Of a DNA stretch of 42,231 nt, positions 1-8,747 are shown in pieces. The notes below the pieces were generated by a model, which did not search any database, had not been told where the DNA came from, and was given only the letters and a program-made list of their open reading frames with translations. Source of the DNA: Pseudomonadota bacterium. Its GTDB lineage: Bacteria > UBA10199 > 2-02-FULL-44-16 > DYJF01. The stretch is from the NCBI GenBank assembly GCA_043823065.1, contig JBDRBB010000004.1:1-42231 (forward strand), read 5' to 3'. Within the stretch, counting starts at the first letter, position 1, and every line of letters begins with the position of its first letter. The position numbers were made by a program, and so were the translations under genes.

Positions 1-6
1 TGAAGA

Positions 7-93
7 GTTAAAATAGCGACTGTTTTTGCGAGTTAAAGGCTGACAGCGGCAAGACATTTAACTCGCTGTTTTTAAAAACAGCGCTATTTTAAC
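7..93. repeat. Long imperfect inverted repeat / hairpin
   Basis: GTTAAAATAGCG (7-18) pairs with CGCTATTTTAAC (82-93). Inner pairs are CTGTTTTT/AAAAACAG and GCGAGTTAAA/TTTAACTCGC. Confidence 0.7.
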
Positions 94-173
94 GATGAAT
101 AGCCCGGTTTCGTGCGCCTGCTTTGAAGACCTTTTCCCCGAGAGGGAATTTTTTAAATTGAGAGGAGTGGACA

Positions 174-1052
174 TCATTTCAGTAAATCCACTTCGACGCC
201 CTTTTCTTGAAAAAACTTTTTAAGATTTTTGGTGATGCGTTCTTCTAATTGGCGCACCCTTTCTTTAGTGATACCATATTCATTTGCGATTTCTTGAAGG
301 GTGATGGGAATTTCGGCAACTAAACGATCGCGAAAAATTTTTAAATCTCTTTCATTTAAATTTTGGGCAAATTCTTCTAGACGCTTATGCAAAATATCCT
401 GGGCCTCAGCTTGGGCTATTTTTTCATCTAAAGGAGTTTGTTCATCAGCAATAAAATCTTGCAGAATTGTTTCATGTTTCTCACCTTTTTGGTTTACAGG
501 AGCTTGCAAGGCATATTCAGGTTGGGTTAGCCTTTTTTGCATTTCAATTATTTCTTTTTCCTTAACCCCTAACTTTTTGGAAAGCACTTGAGGCGTGGCA
601 TAAAAACCAAGAGCTTCTAATTTACTTTTTTCCTGCATTAAATTGTAGAAAAGTTTACGTTGCGCTTTGGTGGTGCCGATTTTAATCAAGCGAAAATTAT
701 CTAAAATATATTTTAAAATATAAGATTTAATCCACCATGTGGCATAATAACCAAATCTAGCGCCTTTTTCAGGGTCATAATTTTTTACCGCTTGCATCAG
801 TCCCAAATTTCCTTCTTGGATTAAATCTAAAATATTTTGATAAGCATTGCGGTATTCCATGGCAACTTTCACCACCAGCTTCAAATGCGCTAAAACCAAA
901 GCCTTAGCTGCTTCTACATCTCCTAGTTCATGATAGCGTTTTGCCAATTTTTGCTCTTGCTCAAGGGTTAGCACAGGATAGGAATGAACTTCTTGCAAAT
1001 AACGTTGCAAAGGATCAGCTGGAATAAGTTGTGCGCTTTGTTTTTTGCTCAT
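174..1052 (-). CDS. rpoH: RNA polymerase sigma-32 (RpoH-type) factor
   Basis: Region 1.2 DPLQRYLQEV, region 2 DLIQEGNLGLMQAV...YATWWIK, RpoH box QRKLFYNL, region 4 TLQEIA..YGITKERVRQLE. Start moved from 1112 to the ATG at 1052, which overlaps the pyrC stop (ATGA). Confidence 0.88.
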   Translation of the reverse strand: MSKKQSAQLIPADPLQRYLQEVHSYPVLTLEQEQKLAKRYHELGDVEAAKALVLAHLKLVVKVAMEYRNAYQNILDLIQEGNLGLMQAVKNYDPEKGARFGYYATWWIKSYILKYILDNFRLIKIGTTKAQRKLFYNLMQEKSKLEALGFYATPQVLSKKLGVKEKEIIEMQKRLTQPEYALQAPVNQKGEKHETILQDFIADEQTPLDEKIAQAEAQDILHKRLEEFAQNLNERDLKIFRDRLVAEIPITLQEIANEYGITKERVRQLEERITKNLKKFFQEKGVEVDLLK

Positions 1053-2326
1053 TGGGAAAACACTATTTTTCCATCTACAATAGTGTATAAAACCTTGCCT
1101 AACAGATGCCACCCGTTAAATGGCGTGTTGCGACTTTTAGATTTAAACTCTGAAGACTGAATGGTTACTGGAATTTTGGGATTAAAAATTACTATATCTG
1201 CAATATCACCCTTGCCAATGCTGCCGGCCTTTAAGTTAAATATTTGCGCTGGTTTGATAGTTAATGCTTCAACCATTCTTTTTAATGTTATTTTTTTATC
1301 ATGCACCAGTTTTAAGCTTAGGGGCAAAGCTGTTTCCAGGCCAATCATGCCAAAGGCTGAATCTTCAAAACCAAGTTCTTTTTCAATAATATTATGTGGG
1401 GCATGGTCTGTGGCAATTGCATCGATAGTGCCATCAGCTAAACCTAAAATAACTTCATTTCTATCGTTTTCCGAACGCAAAGGAGGATTAACTTTAGTAT
1501 TAGGATCATATCCATGCACAGCTTGTTCAGTTAAAGTGAAATGATGAGGAGTTGCTTCGCAAGTAACAGCAAGTTTTAATTTCTTGGCCTGACGAACCAT
1601 CTCCACGCCGCCAGCAGTTGAAACATGCGCAATATGCAGATGTGCTCCAGTCAGGCTGCTCAAAAGAATATCTCTGGCAATCATGGCGTCTTCTGCAGCT
1701 GCTGGGATTCCTGCTAAACCTAATTCAGTAGAAGTTGCACCTTCGTTCATTACACCGTGGCCAGCTAAGCTCAAATCTTCCGCATGTGAGATAACTGGTA
1801 GATTAAAAGAAGAAGCATATTCCATAGCTCGACGCATTAAACTGGAATTCATCACTGGCCTGCCGTCATCAGAAACACCAACCACGCCGAAATTAGCTAG
1901 ATCGCCGATATCAGCCAGGCTTTCGCCTTTCAAACCTTTGCTGATGGCGCCAACTGGATAAACTTTTACCAAACCAACTTGCCGGGCGCGTTGCAAAATA
2001 AAATCCGTAACAGCAGCGCAATCGTTAACCGGATTTGTGTTGGGCATGCAGCAAATTGAGGTAAAACCGCCTGCGGCAGCGGCTGCCGAGCCGCTGGCAA
2101 TATCCTCTTTGTATTCCTGGCCAGGTTCTCTTAAGTGACAATGCAAATCGATAAATCCCGGAGAGACAATGGCATCTTTGGCATCTATAATTTCAACATC
2201 TTCAGATAATTTTTTGGCTGTGGTTAATTCTGCCACCTTCCCGTCTTTGATCAGTACATTGATTTTGGCATCAACATCATTGGCTGGGTCGATTACATGG
2301 CTGTTTATTATAAATAATTGTTTCAT
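1049..2326 (-). CDS. pyrC: Dihydroorotase (long, type I)
   Basis: PGFIDLHCHLREPG, MPNTNP, SDDG, ATDHAPH and KSRNTPF motifs; adjacent to pyrB. Confidence 0.95.
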   Translation of the reverse strand: MKQLFIINSHVIDPANDVDAKINVLIKDGKVAELTTAKKLSEDVEIIDAKDAIVSPGFIDLHCHLREPGQEYKEDIASGSAAAAAGGFTSICCMPNTNPVNDCAAVTDFILQRARQVGLVKVYPVGAISKGLKGESLADIGDLANFGVVGVSDDGRPVMNSSLMRRAMEYASSFNLPVISHAEDLSLAGHGVMNEGATSTELGLAGIPAAAEDAMIARDILLSSLTGAHLHIAHVSTAGGVEMVRQAKKLKLAVTCEATPHHFTLTEQAVHGYDPNTKVNPPLRSENDRNEVILGLADGTIDAIATDHAPHNIIEKELGFEDSAFGMIGLETALPLSLKLVHDKKITLKRMVEALTIKPAQIFNLKAGSIGKGDIADIVIFNPKIPVTIQSSEFKSKSRNTPFNGWHLLGKVLYTIVDGKIVFSQ

Positions 2327-2334
2327 AATAGATT

Positions 2335-2473
2335 AAATTTCTAAATACTAATATCTAAATCCTAAACAAATCCAAAATTCAAATGACCAAAATTCTAAAC
2401 ACGGTAGTTTTGAACATTTGAATTTGGGTCATTAGAAATTGTTTAGAATTTAGAATTTCGGATTTAGAATTTT
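2335..2473. repeat. AT-rich heptamer-periodic imperfect palindrome (family C)
   Basis: Left arm built of (T/C)CTAAAT-like 7-mers. The right arm is its approximate reverse complement (TTTAGAA-like). It fills the pyrB-pyrC spacer. Confidence 0.8.
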
Positions 2474-2477
2474 TCAT

Positions 2478-3410
2478 TTAGCTCAATTCCTTACTATCTC
2501 CTATTAACAAGTAAAGCAAAGCCATGCGCACAGCCACGCCATTGGTGACCTGATTTAAGATTACTGAGCGGCTGCCATCGGCAACTTCCGCGGCTAATTC
2601 CACACCGCGGTTAACCGGGCCCGGATGCATTATGGTTAAATCGTCTTTGGCTGTAGCCAACTTGGTATTATCAATGCCAAAGTATTTGGCATATTCGCGC
2701 AAGTTTGGGAAAAGATGTTCGTTCACCCTTTCCTGCTGAATGCGTAATAAGATAAGCACATCTAGTTTGGGAATCATTTTTTTAATATCATGATAAACCG
2801 TAACCCCAAAAGTTTCAATGCCTGGAGGAATTAGGGTTTTGGGACCACCTATCAAAACTTGCATACCCATTTTTTTGAAAAGTAGTATTTCGGAACGCGC
2901 CACTCTGGAATGTAAGAGATCGCCGATGATACCCACAGTTAAACCCTGCATTTTACCTTTAACGTCTTTAATAGTTAGCAAATCTAGCAAGGCTTGAGTT
3001 GGATGCTCATGACAACCATCACCAGCATTAATCACGTGGCTCTTAATGTTTTCAGCAATCATTTGCGGAGCGCCAGACATGCTGTGACGAACAATGACAA
3101 TATCTGGTTTCATGGCTTCCAGATTTTTCATGGTGTCTAAAAGGTTTTCCCCTTTTTTCATGGCACTGCCGGATTTACTGATGTTTACTGAGTCTGCAGA
3201 TAATCTTTTTTCCGCTAATTCAAAAGAAACCCTGGTTCTGGTGCTGTCTTCAAAAAAGCAGTTAACAACAGTTTTGCCTCTTAATGTAGGCACCTTTTTG
3301 ATTTTTCGCTCAGATATTTCCTTAAAAGATTCTGCAGTCTGCAAAATAGTTAATATATCTTTTTTACTCAAATCGTTTATGGAAATAATGTGTCTAGTTG
3401 AAAGTTTCAT
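2478..3410 (-). CDS. pyrB: Aspartate carbamoyltransferase catalytic subunit
   Basis: FFEDSTRTRVSFE, INAGDG.HEHPTQALLD and MHPGP.NRGVE motifs. Start placed at 3410 (MKLSTRH) because the ATG at 3425 lies inside a repeat element. Confidence 0.95.
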   Translation of the reverse strand: MKLSTRHIISINDLSKKDILTILQTAESFKEISERKIKKVPTLRGKTVVNCFFEDSTRTRVSFELAEKRLSADSVNISKSGSAMKKGENLLDTMKNLEAMKPDIVIVRHSMSGAPQMIAENIKSHVINAGDGCHEHPTQALLDLLTIKDVKGKMQGLTVGIIGDLLHSRVARSEILLFKKMGMQVLIGGPKTLIPPGIETFGVTVYHDIKKMIPKLDVLILLRIQQERVNEHLFPNLREYAKYFGIDNTKLATAKDDLTIMHPGPVNRGVELAAEVADGSRSVILNQVTNGVAVRMALLYLLIGDSKELS

Positions 3411-3420
3411 GTTGATCGTT

Positions 3421-3486
3421 GTCATTCCCGCAGAGGCGGGAATCTAAATTGTATACATGCTGGATCCCCGTTTTCGCGGGGATGAC
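3421..3486. repeat. REP/RPE-like palindromic element, family A (GTCATTCCCGC..GCGGGAATC...GATYCCCG..CGCGGGRATGAC)
   Basis: Two GC-rich hairpins inside GTCAT/ATGAC termini. A family B remnant (CTCGCAATGA) lies at 3502-3511. Confidence 0.88.
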
Positions 3487-3524
3487 AAAGCATATGCTGC
3501 ACTCGCAATGATAATACTTGCGTC

Positions 3525-4052
3525 TCATTGCTCTCTAATATACACCGCGTTTTCGCCATCAATTTCTTTTACCAAAACTTTGATGTTTTGATTTTGCGTG
3601 GTTTTCACACATTTGCCTACGTAATCTGCTTGAATGGGTAGTTCTCTCCAGCCCCTGTCAATTAAAGCCATCAGGCGAATAAACCTAGGCCGACCAAAAT
3701 CAATTAAAGCATCCATGGCCGCGCGAATAGTGCGACCAGTATATAGCACATCATCAACTAAAATTATTCCTTTACCGCTGATGCTAAATGGCAATTCGGT
3801 TGGATTAACCACAGGTTGTTCGCTTACTTCAGATAAATCATCCCGATAAAGATTGATATCTAGCGAACCCATTTCAATTGGTTTATTTTGCACAGATTTA
3901 ATTTTATCAGCCAGCATGTGCGCTATTGGCACGCCTCTGGTTCTAATCCCAACTAAAGCGACATTTTCTGTATTATCAGCCACAATATCTTTGGCCAGTT
4001 TGAGCAGGATTTTTTCTATTTCTTTATCTGCTAAAAGTATTTTACCTTTCAT
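3525..4052 (-). CDS. pyrR: Bifunctional pyr regulator / uracil phosphoribosyltransferase
   Basis: GIRTRG, LDINLYRDD, LVDDVLYTGRTIRAA and DRG.RELPI.ADYVG motifs. Confidence 0.95.
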   Translation of the reverse strand: MKGKILLADKEIEKILLKLAKDIVADNTENVALVGIRTRGVPIAHMLADKIKSVQNKPIEMGSLDINLYRDDLSEVSEQPVVNPTELPFSISGKGIILVDDVLYTGRTIRAAMDALIDFGRPRFIRLMALIDRGWRELPIQADYVGKCVKTTQNQNIKVLVKEIDGENAVYIREQ

Positions 4053-4060
4053 AAATTCCT

Positions 4061-4804
4061 CTAATGAATCCAGCGGCCAAACTCATGCCAACGAATGCCG
4101 CCCTGGTCTTTGTCTAAAGATAACCAGACAAACATGGCTTTGCCTTTAACATTTTCTGCTGGTACAAAACCCCACTCACGGCTATCTGCGCTGTTATCAC
4201 GATTGTCACCCATTACAAAAAAATGACCTTCTGGGACTTCAAATTCTCTGGTTGGACGCCAAGCAGCTTTTTCATATTGCACTAAATGTTCAATGTGATT
4301 GTTGTCCTCTTCAAGAAAATCATAACTTAAATAATCTGGGGCATAAGGAATATGCTTTACCGGGCCGTTATCTGTTAGAAGCCATCTTTTATTCTGCGGA
4401 TCTTTTTGAACTTGCACTAATTTATGTGACACAAGTTGATCATTAACAAAAACACTGCTCCCATCTAAACGGATTTTATCTCCAGGCAAGCCAATCACTC
4501 TTTTGATAAAATCTTTGCTCTCGTCCACTGGATATATAAAAACAATAACATCCCCTCTTTTTGGTTCTTGAAATTGTAAAAAATGAGTTTTGGTAAATGG
4601 AATACGCAAGCCATAGATAAATTTATTAACAAAGATATGATCGCCAATGGAAAGTGTTGGCAACATTGAACCAGAAGGAATTTTAAAAGCTTCAATAATA
4701 AAAGCTCGTATAAAAAGAGCAATCAAGGCTGCAACTAACAAAGCCTCAACGTATTCACGAACTACGTGCTTTTTTTTCTTTTTATCAAGGGTGTTATTGC
4801 TCAT
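4061..4804 (-). CDS. lepB: Signal peptidase I
   Basis: N-terminal TM, IPSGSMLPTL, DFIKRVIGLPGD and GDNRDNSADSR.WGFVP. Confidence 0.96.
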   Translation of the reverse strand: MSNNTLDKKKKKHVVREYVEALLVAALIALFIRAFIIEAFKIPSGSMLPTLSIGDHIFVNKFIYGLRIPFTKTHFLQFQEPKRGDVIVFIYPVDESKDFIKRVIGLPGDKIRLDGSSVFVNDQLVSHKLVQVQKDPQNKRWLLTDNGPVKHIPYAPDYLSYDFLEEDNNHIEHLVQYEKAAWRPTREFEVPEGHFFVMGDNRDNSADSREWGFVPAENVKGKAMFVWLSLDKDQGGIRWHEFGRWIH

Positions 4805-5580
4805 TGTTCATTCAGGACCACAATAGTTTCCACATGTTCTACAGATTCTAATTGATTTTTATATTTCATAGCTTCATCTCGATTGGCAAAACCGCCTAAT
4901 CTAACTCTATACCAACGTCCACGATCAGGAATGTCTGCTATCATGAGATAGGCTGGATAACCTCTGTTTTTCAATTTATTAATCATAGCATTGGCTTCAT
5001 TAATTTGCTGATATGAGCCTATTTGCAAGGCATATTTAGAGTTGGTCGCTGACTTAATGCGAATCGGCGCTGCCTGATCTGAGTCTGAATTAGTTTCAAC
5101 CTGACTTACTTGCCTAAATGGCATGGTATTATCCACAGATTCAGTTGGCATATCTTCGGCAACTGGCTGAGTTTCCTCTTCTGGATATTGCTGAGGCTGC
5201 TCAGGTTGTTCAGGTCCTTTTAGAATTTCTTGCAAACGCTGTTTTAGCTCTGGTGTTTCTGCTTGTTTAACCAAATCTTTAGCCATAGCTTGCACTTCTG
5301 GATCTTCTGTTTTTGCCACTTTAAGTACAGGTTTTTCTCCTACAACGATTGGTTCTTGAGTGGCATAAGCTGTTTGATTAAAACCCAGAATCTTTGGACC
5401 AAAACGCGCGCCTAAATAAAACACAAAAAAGATAGTAAAAACTTCCAGGATTAGCAGCGCAAAAAACTGGCCAAAGGTAAACCGACAAAAAAAACCATCA
5501 CTGCTGCCCTCTTGGTTAATTTGCCTTCTAGGGCTGGGATAGCGATTAACTTCCTGATTATCTTCAAACATGGGATTCAT
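4801..5580 (-). CDS. SPOR-domain membrane-anchored cell division protein (FtsN/DedD-like)
   Basis: Single TM, P/Q/E-rich linker and C-terminal YALQIGSY...WYRVRLGGF. Lies downstream of argS, a common arrangement. Confidence 0.85.
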   Translation of the reverse strand: MNPMFEDNQEVNRYPSPRRQINQEGSSDGFFCRFTFGQFFALLILEVFTIFFVFYLGARFGPKILGFNQTAYATQEPIVVGEKPVLKVAKTEDPEVQAMAKDLVKQAETPELKQRLQEILKGPEQPEQPQQYPEEETQPVAEDMPTESVDNTMPFRQVSQVETNSDSDQAAPIRIKSATNSKYALQIGSYQQINEANAMINKLKNRGYPAYLMIADIPDRGRWYRVRLGGFANRDEAMKYKNQLESVEHVETIVVLNEQ

Positions 5581-7270
5581 TTTCCCTCTTCATTTGTTCT
5601 GGGGCAGAAATGCCCAAAACTCTTAAAGCATTTTGTAACACAATTTGACAACTTTTCAAGAGGAACAGTTTAGAATTTGTGATATTTTTATTTTGAGTCA
5701 AAATTATATATCGTTCGTCTTCTTTGGCCTTACTATAATAGCCTTGAAAACATTTTGCCAGTTCTAAAAGATAAAAAGTTAAATGATGTGGCTCTAAGGT
5801 CAAGGCACATCTGCTTAAAACACTTGGATATTCGCCTAACATGCGGGCCAGATTCACTTCCTCTGGCAGATTTAACTGAGTTAGATCTACCTGGTTAAAG
5901 TCAGGACTAATGCCCTTTTCTTTGGTTTTGGCAAACACGCTGCAAATTCTGGCATGCGCATATTGAATGTAAAAAACCGGGTTTTCAGCAGTTTCTTTTT
6001 TAGCCAGTTCCAGATCAAAATCCAGTTGAGCAGTATGCGAGCGCATCAAAAAGAAATAGCGACAAACATCTTTGCCTACTTGTTCGCGAACATCTTGCAA
6101 GGTTTCATAGGTAGCTGAACGAGTGGACATAGAGATAAGTTCGCCAGCTCGAATCAGATTCACCAGCTGAATTAAGACTATGTTTAAACTATCTTTAGGA
6201 TGACCCAGAGCCTGCACCACAGCCTGCATGCGCGCAACATATCCGCCATGATCTGCTCCCAAAACATCTATAATACGCTGAAAACCACGATCATATTTAT
6301 TTTTATGATAAGCAATATCTGTGGCAAAATAGGTTAAAGCGCCATCGCTTTTTTTGAGTACCCGGTCTTTATCATCCCCAAATTGGGTGGATTTAAACCA
6401 CAAAGCTCCATCTCTCTCCTCCAAGGAGTTGTGATTTTTTAACTCTTGCAAGGCTCTTTCCACTGCAGCATCTGTATGTAGGTGATTTTCGTAAAAATAT
6501 TCATCATGAATCACACCAGTTGCTTCTAAATCCAGCCTGATTTCATCTAAAATCTTGTCAGCAGCATATTCTCCACAAAATTCAATAGCTTGAACCTCTG
6601 ATAACGATTCAATTTTATGGGCAGAATGATTTAGTAATTCTTGGGCTATATCTATTATATAGTTGCCTTGATAACATTCTTCAGGAAATTCTATTTTTTG
6701 GCCTTTAAGCTCTAAAAGACGCAAATAAATGGATTTGCCTAAGGTTTGAATCTGATTTCCTGCATTATTAACATAATATTCTTTGGTTACATCATAGCCT
6801 ACTTCTTTAAGAATATTGGCTAAAACATCGCCATAAACCGCGCCTCGGCCATGACCAATATGCAAAGGGCCTGTTGGATTAGCGCTGACAAACTCAACCT
6901 GCACTTTTTGGCCTTGTCCTAAATTTTGCAGACCAAATTTACTATCTTGATTAATTATTTCATTTAATTGTTTAAGATAAAGCCCTGGTTTAATGACAAT
7001 ATTTATAAAACCGGGTTTGGCTATATTCACTGATTCTATAAAATCATTATCTTTCGGAATGTTATGAGCAATAGCTTGAGCTATTTGTAAAGGATCTTTT
7101 TTTAATTGAGAAGCCAAAATCAAGGCAATATTGCAGGCTAAATCACCATGTTCTGACCTCTTTGGCTTATCAATAATAATTTCTGGAATAATATCCAGTT
7201 CAAACAACTTTGCCTTAAGGCAAGTTTGAATGGATGTTTCAAATAAAGGTTTAAGCTGATCTGCTAACAT
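5564..7270 (-). CDS. argS: Arginine--tRNA ligase
   Basis: VEFVSANPTGPLHIGHGRG (HIGH), GADHGGY, SMSTR and YIQYAHARICS. Confidence 0.97.
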   Translation of the reverse strand: MLADQLKPLFETSIQTCLKAKLFELDIIPEIIIDKPKRSEHGDLACNIALILASQLKKDPLQIAQAIAHNIPKDNDFIESVNIAKPGFINIVIKPGLYLKQLNEIINQDSKFGLQNLGQGQKVQVEFVSANPTGPLHIGHGRGAVYGDVLANILKEVGYDVTKEYYVNNAGNQIQTLGKSIYLRLLELKGQKIEFPEECYQGNYIIDIAQELLNHSAHKIESLSEVQAIEFCGEYAADKILDEIRLDLEATGVIHDEYFYENHLHTDAAVERALQELKNHNSLEERDGALWFKSTQFGDDKDRVLKKSDGALTYFATDIAYHKNKYDRGFQRIIDVLGADHGGYVARMQAVVQALGHPKDSLNIVLIQLVNLIRAGELISMSTRSATYETLQDVREQVGKDVCRYFFLMRSHTAQLDFDLELAKKETAENPVFYIQYAHARICSVFAKTKEKGISPDFNQVDLTQLNLPEEVNLARMLGEYPSVLSRCALTLEPHHLTFYLLELAKCFQGYYSKAKEDERYIILTQNKNITNSKLFLLKSCQIVLQNALRVLGISAPEQMKRENESHV

Positions 7271-7316
7271 GGCTGGTATCTATATCTATTTATTATAAAA
7301 AAAACAAGAAAGGAAT

Positions 7317-8747
7317 TTATGGTCCGACAATAACCGTACTCAAGCCCTGAGGATGGAGATATTTGCCAGCTGCCCTTTTTACATCCTCCAGGGTGACTTT
7401 TTCAGTTTCTTGGCGGTAAATGTGCCAGTAATTTTCTGGATAACCATAAAAATGATAGCGAGCCTGATGCAAAACAATTTTATAAGAATTATCAAAACTA
7501 AAGATCAATTGGTTTAAGACCATACGCTTGGCAAAATCAATTTCTTCTGTAGTAATATCTTCCCCTTTGGCCATAGTTTCCAGATGTTTTTGAATTAGAG
7601 CCAACACTAATTGGGTATTTTTAGCCTTGGTATCAACTTCTACGCTAAATAATCCATAATCAGTACTGGCGTTAAAATCCGAAAAAATGCTGTAAGCCAT
7701 ACCGCGTTTTACTCTAATATCAGCCATGAGTCTGCTCTTGAATGGCGCGCCGCCTAAAATAATATTCATGATATTCAGGGCGTATTTATCTGGATTGTCC
7801 CGTTTAATTCCCAGATGACCTGTTTCAATATAGGCCTGAGTCAGCTTACGCTTGATCTGCTTTGTTTGCTTGGAAAATTTCAGTTCAACATTAGGTACGC
7901 TGGGAAAATTAACAGGATCATTGGCTAAATCTGTAGTAAGTTTTTTAATTGTAGCCAATAATTTTTGCTGATTAAAATCACCAGCTGCATAAACAATCAT
8001 ATTGCCAGGCCGAAAATAATCAGCATGAAACTTTTGCACATCTGCTTGAGTTATGGTTTGCACAGATTCTGGAGTTGGTTGTCTGGCCCAAGGATTGGTT
8101 TTACCATAAACAAGTTGTTTAAATTCTCTGCTGGCAATTTGTTCTGGATAATCATCTTCTCTTCTCAAGGCTTCAATGATTCGCAGTTTTCCCAATTGCA
8201 GACGATTTTCATCGAAACTCGGTTTAAACAAAATGTCAAAAAAAATCGGCAAAGCTTGATTGAAATCTTTGGCCACAACTTTAAGACTAGCATTGCCCAT
8301 TTCCCGATCAATGCTAGTGCTGATCTTAGCAGCCAAGTCCTCTAAAATAATATCGAGTTCTTCTGGAGTTTGATTTTTTGTGCCACCTGTGCGCATGGTC
8401 ATTCCAGCAAGAGTGGCTAAACCTGTTTTATCTGAGGGTTCATAAATGCTGCCCACTTTGGTAATGACACCAAGTTGCACCAAAGGAATTTCATGATCTT
8501 CTAAAAAATAATAACGCAAACCGTTTGGCAATTCGCCTGAAGTAATGGCTGGTTCCTCAAATTTAGGCAGAGGTTTTTTTTCTAGCTCAACTATTTCTGG
8601 AGTGATTGCTTGGGCTGCTGGAACCCATACAAGAAGCAATAAAAGTGCTAAAAGAATGTCATTGCGAGCGCAGCGAAGCAATCCCTGTAGCGTACTGGAT
8701 TGCTTCGTCACTTCGTTCCTCGCAATGACAAACTTTATCATATACAT
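7317..8747 (-). CDS. M16B peptidase, non-catalytic subunit, secreted
   Basis: LPNGL..FLEDHEIP start of an M16 fold, no HXXEH, SRL...IR..RGMAY motif. Signal peptide ends AAQA. Start overlaps the partner's stop (TAATG). Confidence 0.85.
   Translation of the reverse strand: MYMIKFVIARNEVTKQSSTLQGLLRCARNDILLALLLLLVWVPAAQAITPEIVELEKKPLPKFEEPAITSGELPNGLRYYFLEDHEIPLVQLGVITKVGSIYEPSDKTGLATLAGMTMRTGGTKNQTPEELDIILEDLAAKISTSIDREMGNASLKVVAKDFNQALPIFFDILFKPSFDENRLQLGKLRIIEALRREDDYPEQIASREFKQLVYGKTNPWARQPTPESVQTITQADVQKFHADYFRPGNMIVYAAGDFNQQKLLATIKKLTTDLANDPVNFPSVPNVELKFSKQTKQIKRKLTQAYIETGHLGIKRDNPDKYALNIMNIILGGAPFKSRLMADIRVKRGMAYSIFSDFNASTDYGLFSVEVDTKAKNTQLVLALIQKHLETMAKGEDITTEEIDFAKRMVLNQLIFSFDNSYKIVLHQARYHFYGYPENYWHIYRQETEKVTLEDVKRAAGKYLHPQGLSTVIVGP
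8658..8729. repeat. 72-bp palindromic element, family B (GTCATTGCGAG...GCAATCC...GGATTGC...CTCGCAATGAC), in-frame within a CDS
   Basis: Terminal GTCATTGCGAG/CTCGCAATGAC and inner CGAAGCAATCC/GGATTGCTTCG inverted repeats. Encodes VIARNEVTKQSSTLQGLLRCARND. Confidence 0.9.

Noticed and set aside
3421..3445. PyrR-binding attenuator loop between pyrR and pyrB
   Set aside because: The CCCGCAGAGGC resemblance is on the non-coding strand and is part of a family A repeat.
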